Positions 1 through 8,754 of a stretch of DNA of 64,000 nucleotides are shown in pieces. This stretch comes from Armatimonadota bacterium (lineage in GTDB: Bacteria; Armatimonadota; UBA5829; DSUL01), in contig JBDHZC010000002.1 in assembly GCA_039811685.1 (NCBI GenBank), positions 645,651 to 709,650 of the forward strand. The letters run 5' to 3'. The position numbers were made by a program, and so were the translations under genes. Position 1 is the stretch's first letter. Each line of letters opens with the position of its first letter. The notes beneath the pieces were generated by a model. It made no database searches and had not been told where the DNA came from. It saw nothing but the letters and a program-made list of their open reading frames with translations.

Positions 1-727
1 GAGTGAAAAGTCCGGGATGGTCTTTCGCCTTCTCCAAGCACTCAGAATACACCTTTGCTCTCAACCGATCAATGGATGAGGCCGCTCTGGTGAATCTCTT
101 CCCGTAGGTATCAAAGAAATACTTGCGACACTCAGCCACGCTGGGATAGCTTTTCCGCAGCCAGGTATGCTCGTGCTGAGCGCTATCGTAACTGTCGGCT
201 TCGACCAGGCAAGAATAGAGGAATCGCAAGAATGGCTCTACCAACCATTTCTCACGACTCAGGAACTTGGGAAACGTAAGTGGTCGGCGGTGGGCCTCCA
301 AGAATTTGCGGGATTTACAATCGGCAGAGTATTTGTTTCTTAGCTCTGCTAGTTGAGTTTCGTTAAGCTGGTAGATGCCACTGTGATGACCAGCGATAAC
401 GGGCCACAGGAACTCCAAGTCTTCTGTGCATAGCAGCGCGCCGTAAGGGGAATGCACTACCTCTCCACGGCGAACAGAGTTAGGCGTGTCCACGCAGCGC
501 TTCAAATACTCCTGGAACTCTGGCCGAAACTTTCCGACGTCGTGTAGCAGCCCGGCCATGTAGCCGTAATCCCTGCCACCAAACCCTGCGGCCAACGCAC
601 CTGTAAGTCGAGCCACGCGCAGAAGATGAGGTTCAAGCTCCTGCCATTTCCCATCAGCATTGGGGGTATGTGCGTAGCACTTCTCTGTGCCTGTGTCGTC
701 CACTACCAGCTTCTCCTGCTTGCTCAT
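1..727 (-). CDS. cas3: CRISPR-associated HD nuclease/helicase Cas3 (type I-C-like), 5' part only; runs off the window
   Basis: Manual translation from ATG 727: MSKQEKL...CYAHTPN...LEPHLLRVA...AGLLHDVGK...VVHS...VIAGHHSG...LRFLYSCLVEAD...LRAKVYSECLEKA...PGLFT. This is the Cas3 HD domain, ending just before the expected helicase Walker A. Absent from the ORF track because there is no stop codon in the window. Confidence 0.9.
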   Translation of the reverse strand, partial: MSKQEKLVVDDTGTEKCYAHTPNADGKWQELEPHLLRVARLTGALAAGFGGRDYGYMAGLLHDVGKFRPEFQEYLKRCVDTPNSVRRGEVVHSPYGALLCTEDLEFLWPVIAGHHSGIYQLNETQLAELRNKYSADCKSRKFLEAHRRPLTFPKFLSREKWLVEPFLRFLYSCLVEADSYDSAQHEHTWLRKSYPSVAECRKYFFDTYGKRFTRAASSIDRLRAKVYSECLEKAKDHPGLFT

Positions 728-825
728 TTCTCTGCGGCGCCGTCCCTCCCCTGCCCGGTAGCCGTGTTTATCGCCTGAGCCGGACAGGGCGCCGGTGACT
801 TCCTGACGCACAGTGTACAGCTCAC

Positions 826-846
826 CACTGTCATTTTCTGTCAGTG
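826..846. promoter_or_regulatory. Imperfect palindrome upstream of cas3, possible operator
   Basis: CACTGTCA-TTTTC-TGTCAGTG; 7 of 8 arm positions are complementary. Confidence 0.4.
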
Positions 847-1032
847 AAGCACAGATCGAATGAGTTGTTGTGGGTTGTGACGGAGCTTAGTTGTCCGACG
901 CTTGCCCTCCAAGCGGAGTGAGAAGGGGTGGAAGGCCGCGCCAACTATCAGATGACCACGTGGGGCGCGTAAGTTGACACGAGGCGAGAGCAGGTGGTGG
1001 TAAAGTGGACAGGCGGGGTGGCCTTATCGAAA

Positions 1033-3216
1033 TCAGCCTACTGGTGTTCCGGAACCGGCTAGCTCAACCAGCTCTTTCGGTCCCCAGAGCTTGACGCCGT
1101 TGGCTCGCGCAAATGCCGTGGCCTCTGAAGAGAAACCTCCAGGCGCTGCGACGACCGGCGTCGTGCCGGGGACCCGGTCTGGGACCACGCCACGCAACTC
1201 GCGCACCACACTAACTCCGACAGGTGAAGTCGTATTCTTACACTGGATAATCAGCTTTGCTTCAATTTGGAGGTCATCAAGACGAACAGCTGTCAGATCA
1301 ATTCCGCCGTCGTTTGACCGCGGTGTGCTTTGAACGGTAAAACCCATAGCGGTTAGGCGCTCGGCAAGCCACTGTTCAAATTGTTCGCCAGTCATCGCTG
1401 TGAAGTTCGCGGCATCTCGCTGGATATCGGTTACGGCTGAGCGAGGAGGAGCTAGTCCGAAGAGCCCGAACAGGTCTTCTTCGTTCAGCATTACGCTCAA
1501 ATCAACGCTAACGTCGTCAACGATGTCGCGAAACAGTTGGCGTTTTTGCTGCAGCCTCTGCTGAATGCGCTCTTCGATTGTGTCGGTGCATATATAGCGA
1601 TAGACGGTTACCGGGCAAGCTTGGCCTATCCGATGACTGCGACTGTCCGCCTGATCCTCGATCGCCGGGTTCCACCAACGGTCAAGATGGAACACATAAG
1701 AAGCGGTCTGGAGGTTCAGGCCGACTCCTCCTGCCCGAAGCGAAAGAACAAGCACCTTATGAGCTGTGTCCAGCGTGAAGGCTTCCACTGCAGCAGCTTT
1801 CTGAGACTGACTCATCGCTCCTGTGTAGGCCAGTGGGGAGTACTTAGCCAGTCGCTTCCGAACCAGCTCGACTCCAAAGGCGTCATCTGTGAACTGAGTG
1901 AAAAGGAGGGCACGATGTCCTTCTTCAACAAGAGTCTGAAGCCGTTCCTGGATGTCAAGCAGCTTGCTGGACTCGCCGGTCGTGGGGTCACAGTTGCAGA
2001 TCTGCTTCAAACGGGAGATCAGCTCCAGAATATGCGTTACGGTTATCTCGGATCCCTGCTCCTTGAGACGTATTAGACCTTGGCGCTCCGCGCGCTCATA
2101 GGCCTCCCGCTGCCGTGGAAGAAGATCAATCGACAACTCACTGGTGAGCTTTGGCGGCAGATCCTTGAGGACATCCGCTTTCTTGCGCCGAAGCTGGTGA
2201 GACGGTAGCATCGCTATGGCCTGTTGCGGATAGATGACAGGGCGGGTTTCTCCGCTCTCCCAGACTAGAAACTCGAGGATAGAGGCGACATCGTCAACGC
2301 GGTTTTCGAGAGGCGTTCCTGTTAGCGCCCAACGACGGTCTCTTTGGAGTCGTTTGCATGCAACGGCTATGCCCGTATCACGGTTCTTTATACGGGATGC
2401 TTCATCAAGGACAACCACATCCCACGCCTGTCTGAATGGCACGCTCTCGGTAACCTGCATTTCGGAACGCAGTGTTTCGTAGCTTACGATCTTGACATGA
2501 GAAGGCAATCGCCACAGAGCTGCTCTGTCAGAAACTGGGCCGCCGAGGGTCACTGATCTAAGCTCAGGAGACCAAAGAGCAAGCTCTTTTCGCCACTGCG
2601 TGAGCAGGCTTGCCGGACAGACAATCAACGCGTTTGCGATTTCACGCCGTACGAACAATACACGCAAGGCTGCAATTGTCTGAATTGTCTTGCCAAGCCC
2701 CATATCATCGGCCAACAGCAATGACTGTGAGTTGAGCAGAGCCTTTACCCCGTCCCTCTGGAACGGCAGAAGCTCTGACGGCCACTCCAAGACGCTATCT
2801 GAACCCAGAATTGACTCCAGCGGTGGTTGCAGCACGGCAGCCAAACGCTTCATCATATCCTGGTCAGATGTAGAATCAACAGCTACCGGCGGCTCTGACG
2901 GCTTCACTGGAGTCACTCCAGATTGCGGCGTGTGGGTGCGGCCGGAGACAAGATCGAACCATCCGATCTGATGGGAGCGAGCTGTCGGCCGCTCGAAATC
3001 AGGGATAGCTAGCCCGGCGACGCGGGGCTTGGAAACTGACGGAAGTGTCAGTGTCTTGACGGAAGACAGGACGAGCGCGCCTGTCGCCGAGACAATGCGG
3101 GGCTGGACCTTGGGTTCCCAATCCCGCGGAAGACCCAGGAACCGGAACCGTGGAGCTACAGAACGAGGTTGTCTACGAATCCGCCAACCTGACGGTCGAG
3201 TCTGGCCATCCGGCAT
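1033..3216 (-). CDS. SNF2-family helicase/ATPase with C-terminal Mrr-type restriction endonuclease domain
   Basis: SNF2 motifs LLADDMGLGKT, LDEASRIKN, ALTGTPLEN, LSLRAGGVGLNL, WWNPAIEDQA..RSHRIGQ; C-terminal FEQWLAERL...DGGIDL...IQCK (Mrr_cat D-x-QxK). Start uncertain. Confidence 0.9.
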   Translation of the reverse strand: MPDGQTRPSGWRIRRQPRSVAPRFRFLGLPRDWEPKVQPRIVSATGALVLSSVKTLTLPSVSKPRVAGLAIPDFERPTARSHQIGWFDLVSGRTHTPQSGVTPVKPSEPPVAVDSTSDQDMMKRLAAVLQPPLESILGSDSVLEWPSELLPFQRDGVKALLNSQSLLLADDMGLGKTIQTIAALRVLFVRREIANALIVCPASLLTQWRKELALWSPELRSVTLGGPVSDRAALWRLPSHVKIVSYETLRSEMQVTESVPFRQAWDVVVLDEASRIKNRDTGIAVACKRLQRDRRWALTGTPLENRVDDVASILEFLVWESGETRPVIYPQQAIAMLPSHQLRRKKADVLKDLPPKLTSELSIDLLPRQREAYERAERQGLIRLKEQGSEITVTHILELISRLKQICNCDPTTGESSKLLDIQERLQTLVEEGHRALLFTQFTDDAFGVELVRKRLAKYSPLAYTGAMSQSQKAAAVEAFTLDTAHKVLVLSLRAGGVGLNLQTASYVFHLDRWWNPAIEDQADSRSHRIGQACPVTVYRYICTDTIEERIQQRLQQKRQLFRDIVDDVSVDLSVMLNEEDLFGLFGLAPPRSAVTDIQRDAANFTAMTGEQFEQWLAERLTAMGFTVQSTPRSNDGGIDLTAVRLDDLQIEAKLIIQCKNTTSPVGVSVVRELRGVVPDRVPGTTPVVAAPGGFSSEATAFARANGVKLWGPKELVELAGSGTPVG

Positions 3217-3715
3217 CTGGATATAACTCCTCTAGACCTCTTTGAATTCTCTCGAACGGTTCTGTTAGAAAACCTCGATTCACCAGTTCTTCAGCCAGAT
3301 GATGGGCTTTCATTTGGTGCGACGGGCGCTCGTTGATCCAGATCAACTCTGCTGGCTCAGCCGATGCTGAAGGTCTGGCCATTGCAAATGGGATACTTGG
3401 CGCCAGTTCTTCCCTGCAAAAACTCATATCTCCGAGATCGGGTTCACAGAGCAGAATGTCCGGCACACGTGTACAGGCCTCAAAAAGCGCATGGCATATT
3501 TCGCTGGCGCTAATATTGCGCACAGTTGCTTCAGGCCACAGAAAGCCAGCCGGCGCCGACAAACTGGCATGCACGAACTCTAGCGGCTGTCCTCTGTTGT
3601 CGACAACTAGGAGGCCTCCAAGAACTTCACGGTTATCTTTGAGAAAGATGAGCCGAACGTACGCCGCAGCACTGCCAGCAACTGAGCGTGGAGATGGCCG
3701 GTAGGGTATTCCCAC
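3173..3715 (-). CDS. Hypothetical protein (180 aa) within the defence-like operon
   Basis: Starts 3 nt after the upstream stop and overlaps the SNF2 gene; GGLLVVDNRGQPLEF and EPFERI motifs. Confidence 0.7.
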   Translation of the reverse strand: MGIPYRPSPRSVAGSAAAYVRLIFLKDNREVLGGLLVVDNRGQPLEFVHASLSAPAGFLWPEATVRNISASEICHALFEACTRVPDILLCEPDLGDMSFCREELAPSIPFAMARPSASAEPAELIWINERPSHQMKAHHLAEELVNRGFLTEPFERIQRGLEELYPDAGWPDSTVRLADS

Positions 3716-3718
3716 CTC

Positions 3719-4936
3719 TCAACCGCCTGCCTCTTCACCGCTGGGAAGATCTTCATCCGATATTTCGGTGGTGTCAAACTCAATGTTGCCCACATCTACA
3801 TCCGGGTCGTGCTGGGGATAATAGCGATGCATATCCCAGAGTGTTACCCATCTACGAATGTCCGATCTCATAGTCGTGCTTGCCGCTAGCGTTTTCAGAT
3901 CAGGCAGACTGAGGCCGTAAGCCTCTTCGTAGATTGCCTTTATCCGGTATTTCACCTGTTCCTTCTCTTCCGTCGTAGGCTCCGACAGATGAATGGGCTG
4001 TTTTAGAAACTCGATTCCACGCTGTCCTCGATTATCAGGTTCAGCATCCAGAATTCCAAGCGTACCGGAGAAATACCGCAGCTCGTCAGAAGCGCCCCCG
4101 GTTATTGTCTCTTCCACAAAGCCTCGCGTAAGCGTGAAAACTGGAATAATTCTGGAGCCACTCTGCGCCGCAATATCAATCCACCATCCAACTTCGTCAT
4201 ACGCCGCAAACCGTTGTTTCCTCGAAAACTGTGCCAATCTTTCGAGCTCATCAAACAGCACAACGATTCCATTGCACCCACACGCGTGAAGAAGTTGAGC
4301 CATCACACGGATACGATCGTGAGCGAGAAGGAAATTCCTTGGGCCCCGAAGATCGTATCCAGCGAGTTGTCCCATCTCCCTCAGCTTCTGGCGCAATACG
4401 GTGAGGATCAGCGGCTTTCCTTCGAAATCACCCAGAATTTGCATCCGGAGCTCGTCGTCGTGTGTCTCCTCGAAAACGTGCAGAAGCGCACGAAACCGGT
4501 CGTAAATGTTTGCATCGCGAGCCCAAAGCCTGAGGTCAGCAAAAGCTGATCCGCTAGTTCTCAAGTCGGGGGACATTGCGCGAAGGGCCTTGCCGGTCCT
4601 CCCTGGCGCCCGTGCGTTCTCTGCGAGAGCTTTCAACACAACGTGAGGATTTCCCAACGGGATTTCGGGGCTCACGGTCAGATAGCTTGTTGCGAAATTC
4701 TTCTTCTCCGCAAGTATCTGGAGATAGTTGAGGAGATGCGACTTGCCCGCGCCAAAATTGGCGTCAATCACCATTGGTTCAGCGCACTGGCCGTCTGCCA
4801 CCAGATCAAGAGAGCGTTCAAAGAGTTCTGCGACATCGCTTCTAGTGATCCCAAGTCGCTCTACGGCGTGTTTGCTCGGCACTCCAGACCGAAGCGCTTC
4901 AATGGCGCTGCGAGCTATCATGACTCTGTGCTCCAT
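3719..4936 (-). CDS. DUF2791/BrxD-like P-loop ATPase
   Basis: N-terminal AIEALRSGVP typical of DUF2791; Walker A ANFGAGKSH; Walker B VVLFDELE. Confidence 0.85.
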   Translation of the reverse strand: MEHRVMIARSAIEALRSGVPSKHAVERLGITRSDVAELFERSLDLVADGQCAEPMVIDANFGAGKSHLLNYLQILAEKKNFATSYLTVSPEIPLGNPHVVLKALAENARAPGRTGKALRAMSPDLRTSGSAFADLRLWARDANIYDRFRALLHVFEETHDDELRMQILGDFEGKPLILTVLRQKLREMGQLAGYDLRGPRNFLLAHDRIRVMAQLLHACGCNGIVVLFDELERLAQFSRKQRFAAYDEVGWWIDIAAQSGSRIIPVFTLTRGFVEETITGGASDELRYFSGTLGILDAEPDNRGQRGIEFLKQPIHLSEPTTEEKEQVKYRIKAIYEEAYGLSLPDLKTLAASTTMRSDIRRWVTLWDMHRYYPQHDPDVDVGNIEFDTTEISDEDLPSGEEAGG

Positions 4937-6040
4937 TTACTCAACCTCCAGGTGGACTAGCGCCGCTGCCGGATTCGGACGATCGCGATCTCGCACTTCC
5001 AGCCCTATTCGCGTCTGCAAAGCGTCGTAGTCCGTATAGCGGCGCGGAGAAAGCGGTTCGTAGAAAGCTGGAGAAGTCAGGACCACCAGCAACAAACCTT
5101 CAAACTGATCAATCTCGTCAATAAAGCGGCGCATCATCGAGAGCATCTGCATGTAGGCGGCCTTTGAATAGAACAGGCGATTTTCGACAGGGGTGTGCTC
5201 TGCCATCAGACCTTCTAAGTCTTGATGCGATGCGCCGGCAGCAATGGCGCGCTTCACCTGATCAAGTATAATGCGGTCGCGCTGAGCCTTGGAAATCTTC
5301 ACACTCTCATAGGGTCGAAAGTCGAGGCAGATGACGCTTCCGTTGTACCTCATCTTTCTAACCCAACGCAGAAAAGACATTAGCATGTAGCGCGCATTCG
5401 TTTGGTTAATACGTTCGTAAATCTGAAGGCGCTTTAGCGCGTTTGCTTGCCCCGTCGCCGTTTGTCCAGAAAGCCAGTGCAATAATATATCTGTGGTCGA
5501 TGGCGTATAGGAATCAGGAACCAGTTGCGCACGTTGCAGCGCCAGCAGGGCAGTCCGAAATTCAATGGCCATCTCGTGATCTCGAATCTGCGGTGTTGCG
5601 AGCTCTCTCTGATATTCATTCACGAGGTCATTCGCATCCCTGCCGTTGTCGGAGGCAATGCCTTCTAAATCATCGAGAGCGCGTCCGCGAATTTCGATTC
5701 CTTTGGAAGCAAGGAATCCCTGAACCTGCTGGATTGCCAAGTCCACCCAAGGAACAGACGCAGTTATTGCGAAAAATAACTTGTCAATTCGATGCAGGTC
5801 AGGTCTCTTACCATTTGCATCGAACTCATCGGTCCTGGGCGCAACATAATACAAGCCCGTTTCTTCTGCCACGGCGCTAAGTTGCGCTTGTATCTTTGCA
5901 AGACACTCGTCATTTCCGCTGACGACTTTGACCGCAGATCCGCCCGCAGGCAGGTATTCGTGCAGATATTCCGCCGTGATAACATGCATCCATGCGTCTG
6001 CGCTCATCTCCTGGCGCTCAGAAGATCGAAATATTCCCAT
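4937..6040 (-). CDS. DUF2791-like ATPase paralog with degenerate Walker motifs
   Basis: EYLHEYLPAGGSAVKVV with no GKS/T; LLHWLSG...I.ERINQTNARYML, RRFIDEID and YDALQTRI resemble the DUF2791 family; abuts the next gene. Confidence 0.7.
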   Translation of the reverse strand: MGIFRSSERQEMSADAWMHVITAEYLHEYLPAGGSAVKVVSGNDECLAKIQAQLSAVAEETGLYYVAPRTDEFDANGKRPDLHRIDKLFFAITASVPWVDLAIQQVQGFLASKGIEIRGRALDDLEGIASDNGRDANDLVNEYQRELATPQIRDHEMAIEFRTALLALQRAQLVPDSYTPSTTDILLHWLSGQTATGQANALKRLQIYERINQTNARYMLMSFLRWVRKMRYNGSVICLDFRPYESVKISKAQRDRIILDQVKRAIAAGASHQDLEGLMAEHTPVENRLFYSKAAYMQMLSMMRRFIDEIDQFEGLLLVVLTSPAFYEPLSPRRYTDYDALQTRIGLEVRDRDRPNPAAALVHLEVE

Positions 6041-6049
6041 GGTCTTGTT

Positions 6050-6880
6050 CTACCTGAAAGTGATTCCGTAGTATCTAAGCGGTCTACCGTCTTCAGACAC
6101 GACCTCAAAGATGTCAGATTCCTTCGCGCTACTGGAGGGGTACTCGAAGTCGTAACGCTTCCCAGCTTTGGTGGCGCTGATACCGGAGCGGTGTAGGGCA
6201 TAAATTTCCTGTCCAAAAGCGGACTTGGGGTTATCCTTCTTGTAGCCCGGAGACAGACAAAACAGATCGTAAAGGCCCCGAAATTTGGCAAAAAACGCGC
6301 CTGAATCTTTACTAAGATATTCAACGCCCCCGTATAAAAACTCTAAGAACTGTTGTTGGCCACCCGTATTGGCTTTGTCTCGTAGCCTTTTCAATTCTGC
6401 GGCCACGACCTTCGGACGAATAGAGCGAAATAACTTCTTGCCAATCTGAAGAATGCCGCGCGACGGCAACGCCTGCAATAGAACCGGGGACGAGATGGCC
6501 ATGTTTCCCTCTAGCAGGATACGCAGACCGAACTTCTCGCCACTGGCCAAAGTCCTCAACTCGTGCTGCCACGCGCTGGAGCTGAGATACGCGTAGACGT
6601 CAAACTGCCAGGCGGCTGCCGTTTCTGATGTTCCGCCTGGCAGCGCTTGCGCGGCTTCCATTGCTTGATCGGCTGCCTTCTGCCGTGCCGCAATATCTCC
6701 CTTGGCTACAGCCTTTTTCCACGACTTCAAGGCTGACAAATACTTGCTACCTGCCCGGATTAAAGCGTCCACTTGGGCTTCATGAGTAGCTAGAGCTTCC
6801 TCCAGAGAAGCGTCATTGTCTGGACGTCCTGGTGCTGTATTGTCGCTTGTCATGTCCAGACTAAGGTCTTGTGACTCCAT
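6050..6880 (-). CDS. Hypothetical protein (276 aa), first gene of the operon
   Basis: Long ORF with GAGGAGG RBS; 9 nt gap to the downstream gene; helical N-terminus. Confidence 0.8.
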   Translation of the reverse strand: MESQDLSLDMTSDNTAPGRPDNDASLEEALATHEAQVDALIRAGSKYLSALKSWKKAVAKGDIAARQKAADQAMEAAQALPGGTSETAAAWQFDVYAYLSSSAWQHELRTLASGEKFGLRILLEGNMAISSPVLLQALPSRGILQIGKKLFRSIRPKVVAAELKRLRDKANTGGQQQFLEFLYGGVEYLSKDSGAFFAKFRGLYDLFCLSPGYKKDNPKSAFGQEIYALHRSGISATKAGKRYDFEYPSSSAKESDIFEVVSEDGRPLRYYGITFR

Positions 6881-7320
6881 TGGCCTTACCTCCTCGCTGC
6901 CCGATTACTACTGCGAAATTGCGTCTCTTTCCTGAATCGGAGACTGCATATTTGCTAGGGTCAGAGGGCGGGAATGAGGAAGTCGTTTGTGGCGTCGGCG
7001 GAGGATACGGTTAGGCGCAGGCGGCTGTGAGGCTCGGAGTTTGCGTGGAGCCGAGTTTGGGGCAATGGCTTCCGACCGGCTTCAAAGAGGGTGACGGCAA
7101 CAGTGCGCGCCCCGCGCACGCCTTCCGTCAACAAGCCCCGCAAGCCTGCTACTGTGACCATCTTGAGCGAAGCTTGATTCACAAACTCGAGTACGTCCAG
7201 TTGTTCAGATGACTTACGAGGTCCCTGTTCATCCACCATGAGGGTGTCACGGAAGACGCCTTGCGCATGGACGCTTGGAAATCCTTGCGCGTCAAACGGG
7301 TTGCCGGAGTGTCCGCGCTT

Positions 7321-8139
7321 TCACGGGAGAGGTTTGGTCGCCCGCACGAAGCCGCTATAGAGATTGTGCGCCACCTGCGCCGCCGCATCTGCTGAGATCG
7401 TTCGGGCGGTGGAGGATTTTGAGGCCAGGAGCGCCTGAGCTTCCTCCGCAGAATAGGTGCGCACCGGCTCAATGCTCGCGCTCTCGAACCCGGCGGCATG
7501 AAGCCGGAAAATATAGTCACTTTCCACAAGCGCGCCAGAAACGCAGCCCGTCCAGAAGTCAATCTCTGAGGTTATCTCCGGAGGAAGCGGTGCCTTCGTG
7601 ACAATATCTGCTATCGCGAGGCGCCCGCCGGGTTTGATCACACGGAAGCATTCTCTAAACACGGCGTCTTTGTCGGCGGAGAGGTTGATGACACAGTTGC
7701 TGATAATGACATCAACGCTTTCGTCTGGAAGAGGGATGCTTTCGATCTCACCCTGCAGGAACTCAACGTTCGTCGCACCAGCCCTGGCCTGATTCGCGCG
7801 CGCAAGCTCGAGCATGTCGTCTGTCATGTCAAGTCCGCAGGCTTTGCCCCGCGGCCCCACGCGCTTTGCAGACAAGAGAACGTCAACACCGCCGCCCGAG
7901 CCCAAATCCAAAACCGTTTCACCCTCTCCCAGCTCGGCAAGCGCGGTGGGGTTTCCGCATCCCAGCGAGGCCAGCAGCGCAGCCTCGGGCAGATCTCGAG
8001 ACTGAGCCTGATCGTACAGCTCTATGCTGATAGGGTCCTTTTTGCCGGAACAGCAGCGCGCTGGCTTGCCTTGCAGCACTTCCCTTGCAGCACCCGCATA
8101 GCGCTCTCGAACCGATTTTTGAGTTTGCCTGTCTTTCAC
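7321..8139 (-). CDS. arsM: Arsenite S-adenosylmethionine methyltransferase
   Basis: ASLGCGNP, VLDLGSGGG, ISNCVINL, WTGCVSGA; N-terminal CC pair; coupled to ArsR. Confidence 0.92.
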   Translation of the reverse strand: MKDRQTQKSVRERYAGAAREVLQGKPARCCSGKKDPISIELYDQAQSRDLPEAALLASLGCGNPTALAELGEGETVLDLGSGGGVDVLLSAKRVGPRGKACGLDMTDDMLELARANQARAGATNVEFLQGEIESIPLPDESVDVIISNCVINLSADKDAVFRECFRVIKPGGRLAIADIVTKAPLPPEITSEIDFWTGCVSGALVESDYIFRLHAAGFESASIEPVRTYSAEEAQALLASKSSTARTISADAAAQVAHNLYSGFVRATKPLP

Positions 8140-8489
8140 CGTACCGTCTCCACTCTTGCCGTTTGCGTTGTCTGGCGAAGAAAGCCTGCCAACTCGCCCA
8201 ACACCTGCTCATCAGCAGTCACAAAGACCCATCGCCCGCGTTTTTCCAGATGGATCAGACCCGCCGCTCGCAGCTCTTTCAGATGGTGCGACACAGTGGA
8301 GGCGGCGACCTCGAACCGGCAGCAGATGTCACCCACACAGGTTTGGGCGACCTGACAGTCGTCGAGACTGTCGCCCTCCATCTCCACGTTGGCGCCGCAG
8401 CAGCGTATGAACTCGAATATTGCCAGTCGCGTTGGGTCTCCAAGCGCTTTGAAAGCCCGCGCGACGTCGCCAAGTTCCCGAGCTGACAT
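8136..8489 (-). CDS. arsR: ArsR/SmtB-family metalloregulator
   Basis: FKALGDPTRLAI...CVGDICC...STVSHHLKELRAAGLI; start at 8489 or 8501. Confidence 0.9.
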   Translation of the reverse strand: MSARELGDVARAFKALGDPTRLAIFEFIRCCGANVEMEGDSLDDCQVAQTCVGDICCRFEVAASTVSHHLKELRAAGLIHLEKRGRWVFVTADEQVLGELAGFLRQTTQTARVETVR

Positions 8490-8550
8490 TTCTATATCCA
8501 TCGAAGTATTAATACCACACTTAGTTCGATATGTCTACATTCATCGAAAT
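8488..8550. promoter_or_regulatory. Two related imperfect palindromes, probable ArsR operators
   Basis: ATTTCTATATCCATCGAAGT (8488-8507) and ATGTCTACATTCATCGAAAT (8531-8550) in an AT-rich stretch at the arsR start. Confidence 0.6.
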
Positions 8551-8754
8551 ATTTTTCGCCGCAGTGCCAGACCTTGCCGCTACGCGTCACTCAGCCTCGA
8601 CGGCCGGTAAGTGTCATGGAGCTCTGCGCCTCCCCAGCGGCCTCCGGCTACGGACCCGGACAAGAGCGCTGCCGGGTGCGCGAGCGGCCGTGGGCATGTG
8701 GACTGACCGGGTATTCCCGCAGCGCCGCGTCTGAGGCGTCAAAGGCCGCTGCGA

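Noticed and set aside
1033..6880. Calling the operon BREX or Shango
   Set aside because: No pglX, pglZ, brxC, TerB-like or Lhr-type genes are seen; only the DUF2791 domain is shared
6961..7239. 92-aa ORF between arsM and the defence operon
   Set aside because: No recognisable motif or clear RBS; may be junction debris
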